A stretch of 64,000 bases of DNA, taken from the NCBI GenBank assembly GCA_950097015.1, contig CATNEN010000038.1, positions 18,972,001-19,036,000 on the forward strand, written 5' to 3'. Position 1 is the stretch's first letter, and every line of letters starts with the position of its first letter. Made by a program: the position numbers and the translations under genes. The stretch comes from Macrostomum hystrix (taxonomy: Eukaryota; Animalia; Platyhelminthes). A model generated the notes under the pieces. It made no database searches and was not told where the DNA came from. It worked only from the letters and a program-made list of their open reading frames with translations. Positions 1-13,947 of this stretch are shown in pieces.

Positions 1-6
1 TACAAT

Positions 7-503
7 ACAAGCTTGGATATTTCAGCCTTCAAATAATGGAATCCACTACAAGCTTGGATATTTCAGCCTTCAAATAATGGAATCCACTACAAGCTTGGAT
101 ATTTCAGCCATTAAATAATGGAATCCAACACAAGCTTGGATATTTCAGCCTTCAAATAATGGAATCCAACACAACCTTGGATATTTCAGCCTTCAAATAA
201 CGGAATCCAACACAAGCTTGGATATTTCAGCCTTCAAATAACGGAATCCAACACAAGCTTGGATATTTTAGCCATTAAATAATGGAATCCAACACAAGCT
301 TGGATATTTCAGCCTTCAAATAATGGAATCCAATACAAGCTTAGATATTTCAGCCTTCAAATAACGGAATCCAACACAAGCTTGGATATTTCAGCCTTCA
401 AATAACGGAATCCAACACAAGCTTGGATATTTCAGCCTTCAAATAACGGAATCCAACACAAGCTTGGATATTTCAGCCTTCAAATAACGGAATCCAACAC
501 AAG
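7..503. repeat. 41-bp minisatellite, ~12 copies (LRIG-like intron)
   Basis: Unit ACAAGCTTGGATATTTCAGCCTTCAAATAAYGGAATCCAAC recurs at 7, 48, 89 and onward. Confidence 0.95.
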
Positions 504-562
504 AATCCAAACAAATTTAAGCTTTTAGAGACAAAAAACTGAAAAAAATAATGAACACTTAC

Positions 563-1177
563 AGCTCTTTTAACCGATGCAGGCCGCCAAAAGCGTTGCT
601 AGGCAACTGGGCCAGATTGGGATTACTGCTGAGTCGCAGCACCTCCAGTCGCGCCAGAGGATCAAAGATGCCGCCAATGAAGCTCAGTTGATTAAAATCC
701 AGGTGCAATTGTTGAAGATTTTTCAATTTCTCAAATGCGTCAGTTTGCACAGTGCGAATATCATTTCTAGACAGGTGCAAGCTGATGAGATCGTCCAGTC
801 CGTAAGTCACCTCGCGGTTGACCGATGCCACCCGATTGCAGCTGAGGTCGAGCGAGTTCAGCCCGCCGCCTTCGATATAGAACGAGCCGGCGCCGAAGAA
901 TTGCAAACGATTCTTGCGCAATTTCAAATCTTTCAACTGGCGCCACTCGCGAAACATCAGCGGCGGTATGAACTCCAGACCGTTGCGACTGATGTCCAGC
1001 GATTCAACAGACGGAAAGTGGGGAAAAATATCCGGCCGACTTTTCTGACTCTGCGACACCGACTGGTTCAGGCTGACGTGTAGCCGATTTCTAGCCAGGC
1101 GAAACTGCCGCAGCTGGCGCAGCCGCGTGGTGCCAATCAGCGGATCGATGCGGCTGATCCGATTGTTGCTAACCGAC
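563..1177 (-). CDS. LRIG: LRIG-like LRR receptor, coding exon 6 (gene continues left of the window)
   Basis: About 8 LxxLxLxxN repeats. CAG acceptor 1180-1178, GTAAGT donor 562-557, phase 2/2. Motifs such as TYGLDDLISLHLSRNDI, LHLDFNQL and LEVLRLSSN follow the order I recall for LRIG1/lambik LRRs. Confidence 0.88.
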
Positions 1178-1289
1178 CTGGCAACCAAATATCAATTGGT
1201 GTTGAAATCAAGAATACACAATTATCATGGTCTTCCTTTAATACTCGTAATACAATTTAATGATGTCTAAAATACTTCATCTACCATAT

Positions 1290-1952
1290 ATCAATCTACC
1301 AAGCTGTCAATTCACTAAGCTGTCAATCTTCAAAGCTGTCAATCTGTCAATCCATCAAGCTGTCAATCTGTCAATCTACCAAGCTGTCAATCTACCAAGC
1401 TGTCAATTTGTCAATCTACCAAGCTGTCAATCCACCAAGCTGTCAATTCACCAAGCTGTCAATCTTCAAAGCTGTCAATCTATCAATCCACCAAGCTGTC
1501 AATTCACCAAGCTGTCAATCTTCAAAGCTGTCAATCTATCAATCTACCAAGCTGTCAATCTGTCAATTTACCTAGCTGTCAATCCAGCAAGCTGTCAATT
1601 CACCAAGCTGTCAATCTTCAAAGCTGTCAATCTGTCAATCCATCAAGCTGTCAATCTACCAAGCTGTCAATCTACCAAGCTGTCAATTTGTCAATCTACC
1701 AAGCTGTCAATCCACCAAGCTGTCAATTCACCAAGCTGTCAATCTTCAAAGCTGTCAATCTATCAATCTACCAAGCTGTCAATCTGTCAATTTACCTAGC
1801 TGTCAATCCACCAAGCTGTCAATCTTCGAAGCTGTCAATCTACCAAGCTGTCAATCCACCAAGTTATCAATCTTCGAAGCTGTCAATCTACCAAGCTGTC
1901 TATCTACTAAGCTGGCAATCTATTAATCTACCAAGCTGTCAACCTACCAAGC
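1290..1952. repeat. Complex minisatellite of CTGTCAAT / CTACCAAG-type 8-17 bp subunits
   Basis: Tandem TCAATCTACCAAGCTG and variants. Confidence 0.92.
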
Positions 1953-3402
1953 TTACACTATGCAAAAAGCCATATAAAAATAATTTATTTTATTTTTTAA
2001 TCGGACACTATTTTAGTTACTGTCAGATTTTTCAAGGTGGCGAAATTCGATATAATTTGATGAATGTAGCTTTTTTAATCGGATACAATGGGAGAACCTA
2101 TTTCGTTACAAAGGCTATAAAATATATAATCTATAGCAGAACACAATAGAACCACCGCTACAACTGCTACTATCAATAAAATTGTTAGCCAGTGAAATTG
2201 CCAGAGGGTTAAAATTGGGCATAACTGGCGTTGCATTCATGGCGGATAGGGTTGGGCGGGCGCCGATTCGAAGAATATACAGAGCTAGAGGGGAGGGAGA
2301 AAGGGGAAGTACGAAAATAAGATGTTTTAATGCCCCCCGGTTCAACTTCGCATCCGCGCTATAATATATATCATATCTATGTATTCCCCCTTACCTATCC
2401 CTATCCCACACAATACACAGCCACAACCGAATACACAGTAGCTAACACAGAGCTGCGGAGCTACTGAAATTCGCGCAACGTCTCTAGTCTCGTATTATCC
2501 AACCCTCGGGCCAAACAGAGGAAACAGGGAGAGAAGAAAAAAAAGTCTGCATAGAAAGAATTTTCTACACTTCAAAACTTGCCTACCGACAAACCTACCT
2601 CACCCCGCCCGCCCGCCCGCCCGACAAAAAAGCGTGTTATAGAAATCCCCATTGGCCGATCTTTCAAAACATCTTTCTCTTTCACTTTCTCTATATATCT
2701 CCGTCTATCTGTCTATGTTTAAGGTCTTAGCTTATTGAGGCAAAGGAGTAGGTGGAGAAACTACAAAGTTAGGTCAAGCATACCCACATATTGTGCATAA
2801 ACATTCGCACACACACACAGACACACTTATACACCAGGTTTGCTTGCTTGGAAAACAACACAAGCAGAAGCAGAATGTCGGAAACTGAGTTAGTTTGAAA
2901 TAGGGATCAAACACAAGATGTGCAGGATGGAAATATACAAGTGTGTAGCTATGCAATTCATATTTCTCCGCAGCTAAAAGTGTGAAACATAAATTCACCT
3001 ATGTAAATAACAGTCAGCATTAATCGAGTTAGTGCCAACTTATATTGGTGCCCCAAAAATGTTAAAAAAATACAATTTGAAATCAATGCATCAGCAATGT
3101 AGCACCAAGCTGCAGATATGGATTTAGATAACTAGCATTAGATTTCACAGACAAGATTATGACCGTCAGTAGACGATAATTTGATATACAATCGTAGATA
3201 AATCTGTATTTTGCGATATGCAATAAAGATCTGATTTATAGCTTCAAAAATGCATTTTTCAGATTAGCAAAAAATGGAATTAAGTATTGCAAAAATTTTT
3301 AACGAAAATGTAACTCAACTCCTTTGAATTCTGAATTCTTAAAATTTCATTTTGCTAATTGAAAGTAACGTTATTCATAGATTTCTTCATGTTAACTCTT
3401 AA

Positions 3403-4250
3403 CTTACCCGATAATCTTCAACCTACCCGATAATCCTCAAGCTACCCGATAATCCTCAACCTACCCGATAATCCTCAACCTACCCGATAATCCTCAACCT
3501 ACCTGATAATCCTCAAGCTACCCGATAATCCTCAAGCTACCCGATAATCCTCAAGCTACCCGATAATCCTCAAGCTACCCGATAATCCTCAACCTACCTG
3601 ATAATCCTCAACCTACCCGATAATCTTCAACCTACCCGATAATCCTCAAGCTACCCGATAATCCTCAACCTACCTGATAATCCTCAACCTACCCGATAAT
3701 CTTCAACCTACCCGATAATCCTCAAGCTACCCGATAATCCTCAACCTACCCGATAATCCTCAAGCTACCCGATAATCCTCAACCTACCCGATAATCCTCA
3801 ACCTAGCCAATAATACCAAATCTACCGGATAATCCCGTATCTACCCGATAATCCTCAACCTACCGATAATCCTCAAGCTAACCAATAATCCTCAACCTAC
3901 CCGATAATCCTCAAGCTACCCGATAATCCTCAAGCTACCCGATAATCCTCAAGCTACCCGATAATCCTCAACCTACCCGATAATCCTTAACCTACCCGAT
4001 AATACCAAATCTACCGGATAATCCCGTATCTACTAAATAATCCTCAACCTACCCGATAATCCACAAAATACCCGATAATCCACAAACTACCCGATAATCC
4101 TCAAACTACCCAATAATCCTTACCCTACACGATAATCCTCAACCTATTGAACATGAATCAATCTACCCGATAATTCACAAACTACGCGATAATCCTGAAC
4201 CTACTGGATAATCCGGAACCTACCCGATAATCTTGAACCTACCAAAAATC
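3403..4250. repeat. 19-bp minisatellite, ~44 copies
   Basis: Unit CCTACCCGATAATCCTCAA, period 19, decaying at the right end. Confidence 0.95.
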
Positions 4251-4637
4251 CTCAGTCTAAAACACTTTAAATTTTTTCTTCAACCATAAAGCGGAGCATT
4301 TTTAGAGAAGCGCAAATAAAGCCCTAAGTTGGAAACCACAATTACAGGCAATTCGAAAAGCAATGAACCGATAAAAATCAGATTATTTTCATTATTTTTT
4401 TAAAACCTGAATTTATCTGTATTTGTTTGCAATCCGAGTATTGGTTGGGTTAAGCTAGCATGGGAATCAAAGCCCCTTCAAATTCAGTGAAGCGTGAGCT
4501 AGGCCGAAATTTCCCCAAGTTTATGTTTGCAGTTTTTAAAGCAAACAAGTAAAACTCTACATTGGTGAAAAAATTGTTTTCATTACGAAAAGATTCAAAA
4601 AAAAAATGAATATGTCTGTTTAACACTTTACTGAATT

Positions 4638-5149
4638 GCGGGCCGCATTTATAAGGGGATAGATCTATAATACAAGGAGAGATAGAAGAATAAAGGGATG
4701 AGATAAGCGATAAATGGGAGAGTTAAGAAAGGAGAAAAAAGACACGGGAAAGAAATGAGACACGGGAGAGAGATGAGACAGGGGAGAGAGATGAGACACG
4801 GGAGAGAGATGAGACAGGGGAGAGAGATGAGACACGGGAGAGAGATGAGACACAGGAGAGAGATGAGACAGGAGAGATGAGACACGGGAGAGATGAGACA
4901 CGGGAGAGAGATGAGACACGGAAGAAAGATGAGAAACAGGAGAGAGATGAGACAGAAGAGAGATGAGACACTGGAGAAAGATGAGAAATAGGAGAGAGTT
5001 GAGACAGAAGAGAGATGAGACAGGGGATAGTTGAGACAGTAGATGAGAAAGGGATGAGACAGAGGTGTGACAGGAGAGAGTTAATAGGTGTTCGTTCAGG
5101 AGCTTCGTGGGCCGAATCTGGCACGCGGGCCGAAAGCTGCTAACCCTCG
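4638..5149 (+). mobile_element. 5'-truncated hAT (Charlie/Buster-like) MITE with internal GAGATGAGACACGGGA array
   Basis: GCGGGCCGCA and the GGAGCTTCG...ATCTGGCACGCGGGCCG subterminal motifs match the intact copy at 63129-63371. Confidence 0.7.
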
Positions 5150-6120
5150 CAATTAGAAGATTCGAATAAATGTGAAGAAAATCCGAGAATTCTGTACGTT
5201 TAGAGAAATCAGAGATTTTTTTAGGGAACCAGAAACTATCTAGAGAGTGTGTCTGTGCCCGCCAGCCGAAGATGGTGTAAAAAGAATTTCAGCAGCAACA
5301 GCAGCAGCAGCAGCAGTAACAGCTGCCGCCAGTGACAGTCAACAACACCATCGGCAACGCTGACACCACAGAGCACCCCGCAGTGGCTGCAGGCGGTAGT
5401 GAAGGCATAAAAAAATCTTTCTGAACACCGGGACAGGCTTGCCTGCGGGCTAGCACAGTAAAGTCAAGGGCAGCGATTGTTAAAATCAGTGAACACACAC
5501 ACAAATGCAGAGAGATAGAGGAAGAGACAAAAAGATGCCGATCCGCACGTGCGAGCCACATTCCTAGATACTGACAAAAACTAGAAAGGGGAATAGCTGG
5601 GAATCAAGCAAAAAGAAAAGAATAAATTTCGTGCGACAGTTTCTAGCCCACACCCCAACAACACGCTCCAGGCACCTGGAGGCTGAAGTGGCTGTGGCTG
5701 CGGCGGCGGTGGCAGTGTCAAAAGTTACAGAACGAATCTATACTACAAAGAAGGATTCCATTTTTTAACACGGCTTTTAAATTTTAAAGGCTCGGGTTGT
5801 GGTTCTAACAAAAAAAATTTGTGCCACGGGCCGTCAAATTTTGTTTCAGGTAGTAAAAAAATCTTTGAAAGCAGTTAATCCTAGGAGAACGGAGAATGTT
5901 GCTTTGCCAGCTGGTGGGTCTAATTGCTAGGCGTTACAAATTTGTTTCGGCTCTGACAGACCAACGCACTTAGCTTGCAAGCTCTGCCATCTGTTAAAGT
6001 GGGCCGCAACATGGCTGAGCAGCATGGACCTTCTAGAATTCATTTATAAAAGCAAAACTGCTTTACAGCAAATTGTAAGTCTTGCTTTTAGAAAGATTAT
6101 GCCAATAGTATAGTCTATGG

Positions 6121-6824
6121 CAGGGGTCGGCAAACTTATTAGCTAGCGGGCAGAAATATGAGATAGGGAATGGATACGACACGGAAGAGATACCACTCGG
6201 GAGAGATGAGACACGGGAGAGATGAGACACGGGAGAGATGAGACACGGGAGAGATGAGACACGGGAGAGATGAGACACGGGAGAGATACCACTCGGGAGA
6301 GATGAGACACGGGAGAGATGAGACACGGGAGAGAGATGAGACACGGGAGAGATGAGAAACTGGAGAGATAAGACACGGGAGAGATGAGACACGGGAGAGA
6401 GATGAGACACGGGAGAGATGAGACACGGGAGAGAGATGAGACACGGGAGAGAGATGAGGCAGGGAGAGATGAGCCAGGGGAAAGATGAGGCAGGGGAAAG
6501 ATGAGCCAGGGGAAAGATGAGACAGGGAGAGATGAGCCAGGGGAAAGATGAGGCAGGGGAAAGATGAGCCAGGGGAAAGATGAGGCAGGGGAGAGATGAG
6601 ACAGGGGGAGATGAGACACAGGAGAGATGAGACAGGGGAGAGATGAGACAGGGGAGAGATGAGACAGGGGAGAGATGAGACAGGGGAGAGATGAGACAGG
6701 GGAGAGATGACACAGGGAGAGATAAGACAGGGGAAAGATGAAACAGGATACTGTAGGTGTCGGATGGGGCAACGGGCCAGATTTGGGAGCATCTGGCCTG
6801 CGGGCCGGAGTTTGCTGATCCCTG
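6121..6824 (+). mobile_element. hAT (Charlie/Buster-like) MITE with expanded 16-18 bp minisatellite
   Basis: Termini CAGGGGTCGGCAAAC ... GTTTGCTGATCCCTG, near-TSD GTCTATGG/(G)ACTATGG, same flanks as 63129-63371. Confidence 0.85.
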
Positions 6825-7585
6825 ACTATGGCCAATAATTCACCTTTTTCAGTTTAGTGAGTTGTTGAGCAATGAACAATGATAGACAGAGAGAACAGAG
6901 ATAGCAGCTAGACAGAGGCGCAGAAACACAGAGAGATAGAGATCGTGAGATCGTGTTGGGATCCACTGAATACAAACACCCTGCCATGCCACACACACAA
7001 GCCAGTTGAGCAGTGAACATTTTTATTTTAATATATTCTCACACACTAAGCCTATTCTTTACTAAGGTTAGTAAAGCTTTACTGCACGATCCTATCGTCC
7101 TTTGAACCAAAGGGACCCCCCTGTAGGCGTGCACACACACGCACACACACAAGCCCCCCAACTTCTGACGCAGGCTCATTAACACTCAGAGAAACCAGGA
7201 GCTTGGAGAGAGAATAGGGAGAGGGAGAGGGAGAGGGAGAGAACTCACAAGCCAGCTCATACTCAGCTCACACTCACAGGCGGCATGCAAACCGCACACC
7301 TAACTAACACCAAAAAAACTGACGCCCGCCAATGGATTAGCGCCCAGCTAAACGGTCGACACACAAAATAACCCAGAAACACTAATGCATATAGACTAGA
7401 GAAACAGAGAGAAGACAAAGAGAGAGAATGAGAGGCTTTGCTGGCTGTTAGGGGTGGCAAAAGAATAGAAGTTTTAGCAAAGGGAAAGAGAGACAGAGGC
7501 ATGGAGAGGGGAGGGAGGAGGGGTGGAGATGTGGACAGTAGGGCTAGCACCCACATACACACAGAAAGCATACACCACGCAATTT

Positions 7586-7616
<31 letters not shown>

Positions 7617-9387
7617 GTGAATCCATACAACACTAGTCAGTCTGGACTAGCCCATTTACTCCATCGCGCCCTGCCTTCTTCAAGCGGCCTCCAATCCCTA
7701 CGCAACCGTATAAGAAGAGTTTAGGGAAGGGATGGGAGGGGAGGGAGGGGCGTGATTAAGCCAAACGCACTGTCAAGGGGGGTGACTGAAGGCCTCTCTA
7801 ACCAAGTTGAATAGCGGAATATTAGGGGTGTGCGGCGTGGACAAGGAGGAAGGGTTGGTTGGTACCAAAACTGAATGAAGGTGAGAGGCACACGCAGTTT
7901 GAACAGGGGCCGCCGCCGTCAGCTAGTCCGACTCTCCTCTCTAACACTTTTCCTGTCAACTGTCCCAAGCAACGCCTACACCCACCCCAGTCCGACACCC
8001 CCGGTCTAGCAGTAGCTGCTGCTGCTGCTGCTGCAACTTAGCCAAAGCAGTTTTAGCGCAGTTTTTTCTTTAATTTTTTTTCATTTCTTCTTCTACAGAG
8101 CTGTGTCGTTAACGATAGAAAGAAGCTAAGCGTTTGCATCAATGCTAAATAAATTTTTAGCAAATAATCTTTAACTGCTGCGCTCAACACTAAAAGCAAA
8201 ATGTTTACCTACTCCAGTGACAGAGAGAAGTGCCTCTTTAGAGGTGGACTTTCTTAATTCGAAGTCAATCATTTGGGAATAGGAAGAATGCTTTCTAGAA
8301 CTTTATTCTTTCCATTATCACATCAAGTGTCGAATTGGTCTGCCAATCATTGCAATCAAAGTGAGATTCTTTTATTAACTAGCTGATTGCTTGCTATAGT
8401 TAGGCAACTTAACAAAGAATCATTCACAATTACAGAAGCCTGATCGAGAGAACTGAATTCTTTACAAAATAAACAGAAGAACAAACTAGACTCTTCTAAA
8501 TCACAAATAATATTTATCTCAATCCAAAACTATGATTTTTTTAATTCCAAACTAGCAAATTTCTGATCCCAAACAAGGATTTTTCTGATACTAAAGTTAT
8601 CCTGATCCCGAAATAGAGTTATCCTGATCCCAATCTAGAGCTATCCTGATCCCAATCTAGATTTATCCAAATCGCAACCACTGAGTTTTTCTAAAATGAA
8701 ATCAGTGTTATTGTAATCTCAATCTAGAGTTATCTCAAGTAATAAATAAATTATCCGAATTGAAATTATCTAACTAAATCCCATATTTAAGGCGCTCGCA
8801 GAACTTTTGGCAATTCTCCTTGCAAAGCAAAAGCCAAAATAACTTTTCGTGCTCATAAGGTACCTCTAGAATAAATATTTATCATCAGTAGATGAAAATT
8901 ATAGCGACAGTCAAACCGAACAATAAAAAACGAACCACATCAAAGGAATAAACGCCGACCAAATCGACAGCCAGCCATTTACAAGCATTATTTACAATCT
9001 AGCCAAAACAAATCAGTTTATGGTGTTTACTAACGCGACCTAGAGTTTCTAGTGTTATTAACTAGCCTTTTTCTCACCAGTAACTGCTTAATATAACACT
9101 TCGGGTATTTCTAGTTCACGATGCGAAAACTGAGAAATCTATTTTTCAAGTTTATTTTACCATATTTATAATAATTATGGTGGAGGGAAGATTTCTAAGA
9201 AAGTAGCACACAAAACAGTGCCACACAGAGGCGTGACTTAATGCAAATATATATATTTATATTAATTAAACAAAACTTCCAGAAAAGTATAGAAGGAAAA
9301 AGCAGGAAAAGAAGAAAGGTTTGAAAATAATGGAAAGAGTTGAGCTAGCAAATAGATGAGAGGATAGTTAGCAAGCAGGCTACTCAC

Positions 9388-9525
9388 AATTCGCTTAGCT
9401 GACAATCGTTAGGAAACATCTCGGCCCTGAGTTCGGTAATATTGTTACCGGCCAGGTGTAAACTTCTTAGATTTGGCAGCGCCAATAGGCTAGTCTCAGG
9501 CCAGGTCTGGATAGCATTGTGATTC
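9388..9525 (-). CDS. LRIG: LRIG-like exon 5
   Basis: NHNAIQTWPETSLLALPNLRSLHLAGNNITELRAEMFPNDCQLSE. CAG acceptor, GTGAGT donor, phase 2/2, joins exon 6 as ELSVSNNRI. Confidence 0.9.
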
Positions 9526-11139
9526 CTGCAATAAATGCAGAAATTTAATTCAATAGACAAATGCGCTTATTCACAGTTCTTTCAATAGAATAGAATAGAA
9601 AAATAAAGAGAGGGGAGACAGAGCTCTCGGCACGCTCGAGAAAACCACTACGAACTTCATCTGCTAGCTTTCATTTGAATAAACACTCGTACAAGCCATA
9701 TATATATATATAATGGAAATATAGCTGAACCGCACAATCAAAGACGTGAGACGTGACTTGAACCCTTGCTCTACCACACACATCAGCACACTATTAACTC
9801 TCTGTTCCATAGGTTTTTTGTGCACAGAAAAATAAGATGCCAATCCAAATAGTTAGCTATTCTATTGTGCAGTCTAATCTGACACTGTCATTTTTCTTTC
9901 TTATCTGAAGACAATCTATGTTAGATGACAATCTAGATCTAGATCTATGTTAAGATGTGGCATGCCCTACAACATACAAGACTGTAATGGAATGTGGCTC
10001 AGGTGTTTGAGAGCTGCCTATCTCGCGCAATCGATCCAGCTTACTAAATTGACAGCTTAAATACTAAATAACGTCATAGGCCAACAATGAACACAGTCAA
10101 ATCTAGCAATTTAAGGTGGAAAGAGACCATTTTTAATAAACAAACTAAAAACTAACGATCTTAGATGTGGAAAGTAATCTTTTTGTAACAAATTCAGTGC
10201 AACAAAACTGGCAGAGTTTAGTAGGCCAAGTTGAGACAACCAATTTAAGTGGACCAACTAACTTAATAGGACCCATTTTAGTGGACGATTTTAAGACGAC
10301 CAATTTTATTGGACCAAGTTAAAATGGCCGATCAGCATTGATTTCCAGAGTAACACGAGTTATACACTGCCTGTGTATAGTACCCGAGTGCGCGTGTGCT
10401 CAGGAGTCAGTGAAATTGAGCAGAATGCTGCGGGTTTATCTACACCAAATTAGCTCTGTGTCAGTGCCTAAAAGCCTGCAAATATCATGATTATTATGAG
10501 AAGGTCAATTTTAGTAGACCAAGTTCTCGCGACATTCTCAAAAAAATTTACCATAGAAAAACCTCCTTTTCTATGCATCGAATTTCTAATACAACAGGCA
10601 AGACATTTTTTTCCTATTCAGAAGCAATGCTTGCAAAGAAAGAATAAAAACTATAGATTGAAGAGTAACAACATAGGGGATAAAATTCCACCCAAGCGGC
10701 TATTCCGCTGAAGTAGAGCTGGGAAGAATCAGAGGAATATCTAAGCACTCGATGCGATGACAATGGCGCCTAGTTTGCGACAGATGAAAATAGATGAAGA
10801 GGATTGTGAGCATGAGAAATTAGGATAGAATCTATTTTCATAGTGGAATCGCGCCGCCATATAACGCTGTTTTGACAGTGTCTAATCCTCAGACAATAGT
10901 GTAAATATTTAATAAGGGCTTATATGGGGGGCTGAGGCATCAGTTGAGTGTGAAACTTTAGACAGGCCTGCCGACACTGCCTAGAACCCATGCCGTCACA
11001 GAGTGATTTTGATGGAGTGCGTTAAATCTGAATATATATTTTAACAATTAGTCTAATCTATTAATTTGCACTCGCAGCTATTTTTATAAATTTGTTTACT
11101 CTGATAAAAAACAAACAAAAAATTAATGCAAAAACTTAC

Positions 11140-11214
11140 AGGACGAGGTTCACTAGTGACGGATGCCGGCCACGAAAAACCGGCAACGAAGTGAGGCCGG
11201 ATTTAACAATTTTC
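11140..11214 (-). CDS. LRIG: LRIG-like exon 4
   Basis: KIVKSGLTSLPVFRGRHPSLVNLV(L). 75 nt, CAG/GTAAGT, phase 2/2. Confidence 0.88.
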
Positions 11215-11271
11215 CTGGAATCAATTCGAACTTAATAAGCGACTGTGATTGAATTCTGCAACAGCTTGATG

Positions 11272-12062
11272 TGAATACTATTGCTCTAATGGGAATTTAC
11301 TATTGTTCTAATGGGAATCTACTATTGTTCTAATGGGAATTTACTATTGTTCTAATGGGAATCTACTATTGTTCTAATAGGAATCTACGATTGTTCTAAT
11401 GGGAATCTACTATTGCTCTAATGGGAATCTACTATTGTTCTAATGGGAATCTACGATTGTTCTAATGGGAATCTACTATTGTTCTAATGGGAATCTACTA
11501 TTGTTCTAATGGGAATCTACTATTGCTCTAATGGGAATCTACGATTGTTCTAATGGGAATCTACTATTGTTCTAATGGGAATCTACGATTGTTCTAATGA
11601 GAATCTACTATTGTTCTAATGGGAATCTACGATTGCTCTAATGTGAATCTACGATTGTTCTAATGGGAATCTACTATTGTTCTAATGGGAATCTACGATT
11701 GTTCTAATGAGAATCTACTATTGTTCTAATGGGAATCTACGATTGCTCTAATGAGAATCTACTATTGTTCTAATGGGAATCTACTATTGTTCTAATGGGA
11801 ATCTACTATTGCTCTAATGGGAATTTACTATTGTTCTAATGGGAATCTACTATTGTTCTAATGGGAATCTACTATTGCTCTAATGGGAATCTACTATTGT
11901 TCTAATGGGAATCTATCATTGTTCTAATGGGAATCTATCATTGTTCTAATGGGAATCTACTATTGTTCTAATGGGAATCTACTATTGCTCTAATGGGAAT
12001 TTACGATTGTTCTAATGGGAATCTACTATTGTTCTAATGGGAATCTACGATTGTTCTAATAG
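11272..12062. repeat. 22-bp minisatellite, ~36 copies
   Basis: Unit AATCTACTATTGTTCTAATGGG. Confidence 0.95.
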
Positions 12063-12754
12063 GAAATCCAATGACATTGTTATAAGACATAAAACCACGA
12101 ATCATAAGTAAAAACGGTAACTAAAAAAGTAATAATTATACATTGATGTCTGATTGACTTTGTCTAGGAAATTTGATCTTTCAACCCTCTCATATAATCA
12201 TACAATAACTCAACTATTGGTTAGTTAACAAGGGAATAAAATTCGCACAAAGTGGACTTAGCCTCATAGTTAAGTGATTCCTTAGACTCATTTAGCTAAG
12301 GTCGGACTAACCTTATTTAATCGATAATACAGCATATCACTCGGGGCTTAGCAATGGCTAAAGAATGGGAAAGAAAATGACAGCGAAGGGGGGCATGAAT
12401 GAGTGAGGTGAGAATGGAGTAGGTGGAAGAAGAGAATGGAAAAAGGGGGATTTGAGAATCGCTGACTCACCAGCGCAGCCATTCACCCTGTGCTAAGGGC
12501 TAACTGGGCCAACAATGGCATAACTAAACTATGCCACAATAATGTACAGTGACTATAATTCTGTTTGAGAGAAAAAGTTTGGCGAATCATCAGCCTTCTG
12601 ATGAGAGGGTGTAACAGCAGCAGCAGCAGAAGCAAGAGCAGATGAAAACGAGTGAAAAAAAGAAAGTTTCTGGTAAATGCTACTAGAAGACGAAGCCACA
12701 GCCACGTCTCTCTTCCTCATCATAACCGCCAGAACGAAGCGCCCGGATACTCAC

Positions 12755-12832
12755 AGGGTAGTTAGTCGGGGAAAGTGGCCCAGGAAATTCTCGTCCAGTG
12801 TGACGGCTGCCGCGGCATTGTTGCTGATGTTC
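12755..12832 (-). CDS. LRIG: LRIG-like exon 3
   Basis: NISNNAAAAVTLDENFLGHFPRLTT(L). 78 nt, CAG/GTGAGT, phase 2/2. Confidence 0.88.
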
Positions 12833-13219
12833 CTGGATCGGTGACGGATTTAGAAACAATGCCTTTACATAAAAACACTTTTTTTAAACTGCCCCATAGC
12901 TACACAAGAAATTTACTTTATCCTGGTTTTTGTTTCTTCAGTAATCAGGAAATTATAGTGTGGATTTCCATGAAGCTGAAAAGGCAACTCCGCCATATTT
13001 TTAGCTATAACAGTAGGAGGGTAGTGTAATTACAGGTGGGCTATGGATACCACCCCATTTGCCTCTCGCACCAAGGTCCCTAAGCTCGGTCCCTTATTTG
13101 GGTTGCAATTGATACCATTGAGGGCCGAACTCCATGGCACAGTGAAACTGGCACACACCCATATGAGTGCCCACACACAGACACAGTATAAGTGCATGCC
13201 TGCTCTGGAGTCAGCTTAA

Positions 13220-13822
13220 CAGTAGGACTACCAAGCCATTTTGCCGCCCGTTTTTATACCAAGGGGGGGGGGAATTCCCCCCTGAAAATGTTTTTGCCAG
13301 CGCCTGAATGCTTTGGGGGTGACTGATTGGTTGACAGACTAGTCGAGGGTGTCCTGTGGTTGAGCTGCGCCTAATAGTTAGGCTTGAACAGTGAAATTGG
13401 AGAAATTCGCGTCAGGGTGTCCATAGTGGCCTAGTTCCACCTGTTGTAGCTCTTGAAGGTCTAGATAGATAAGAGAGATAGATCTAGATAAAGGTCGGTG
13501 ACCGCCGAAGTCGGAGATGATGCAAGCACATTCGGGTGACATGCTGATAAAGTTTGAAGGTCTGGAAAGGCCGCACTGAGGCGCAGTGCAAATTCGTGTA
13601 TAGGGGTGTATGAAATACACTAGCTCTTATGGGAAAAATCGGACCTTCGGCCAGAAACATTGAATATCTCGATGGTCTGAAGAGCTGGCGACTTGTTTCT
13701 TGTTTCAGAAGATGCGCAACAAAAAGTTATCCCGTGTTCTTGAGTTTCGTGTGCTTGCATTATTCCGTTCGGGTGCAGCAAAAAAATGTCAGGGAGGGGG
13801 AAATTCCTTGGTAGTTCTACTG
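13220..13822 (+). mobile_element. TTAA-flanked non-autonomous DNA transposon (long-TIR MITE), copy A
   Basis: TTAA|CAGTAGGACTACCAAG ... CTTGGTAGTTCTACTG|TTAA. Body is homologous to 43631-44391, and most of the left long TIR is deleted. Confidence 0.85.
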
Positions 13823-13947
13823 TTAATGGGCATAATTTCCTCTATAGCTGGCTGTGGGTCTAATGTCAACGCATTGATGTGCCAGTGCAATGCTGGGCAA
13901 CTTTTAATATTACAGCTATCCAAAATAGGATATATTCTACTCCTTGA

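Noticed and set aside
2200-8300. Promoter-like GC boxes, CAG tracts and donor-like sites in the 8.2-kb LRIG intron suggesting a nested gene
   Set aside because: No coherent ORF or exon chain could be built.
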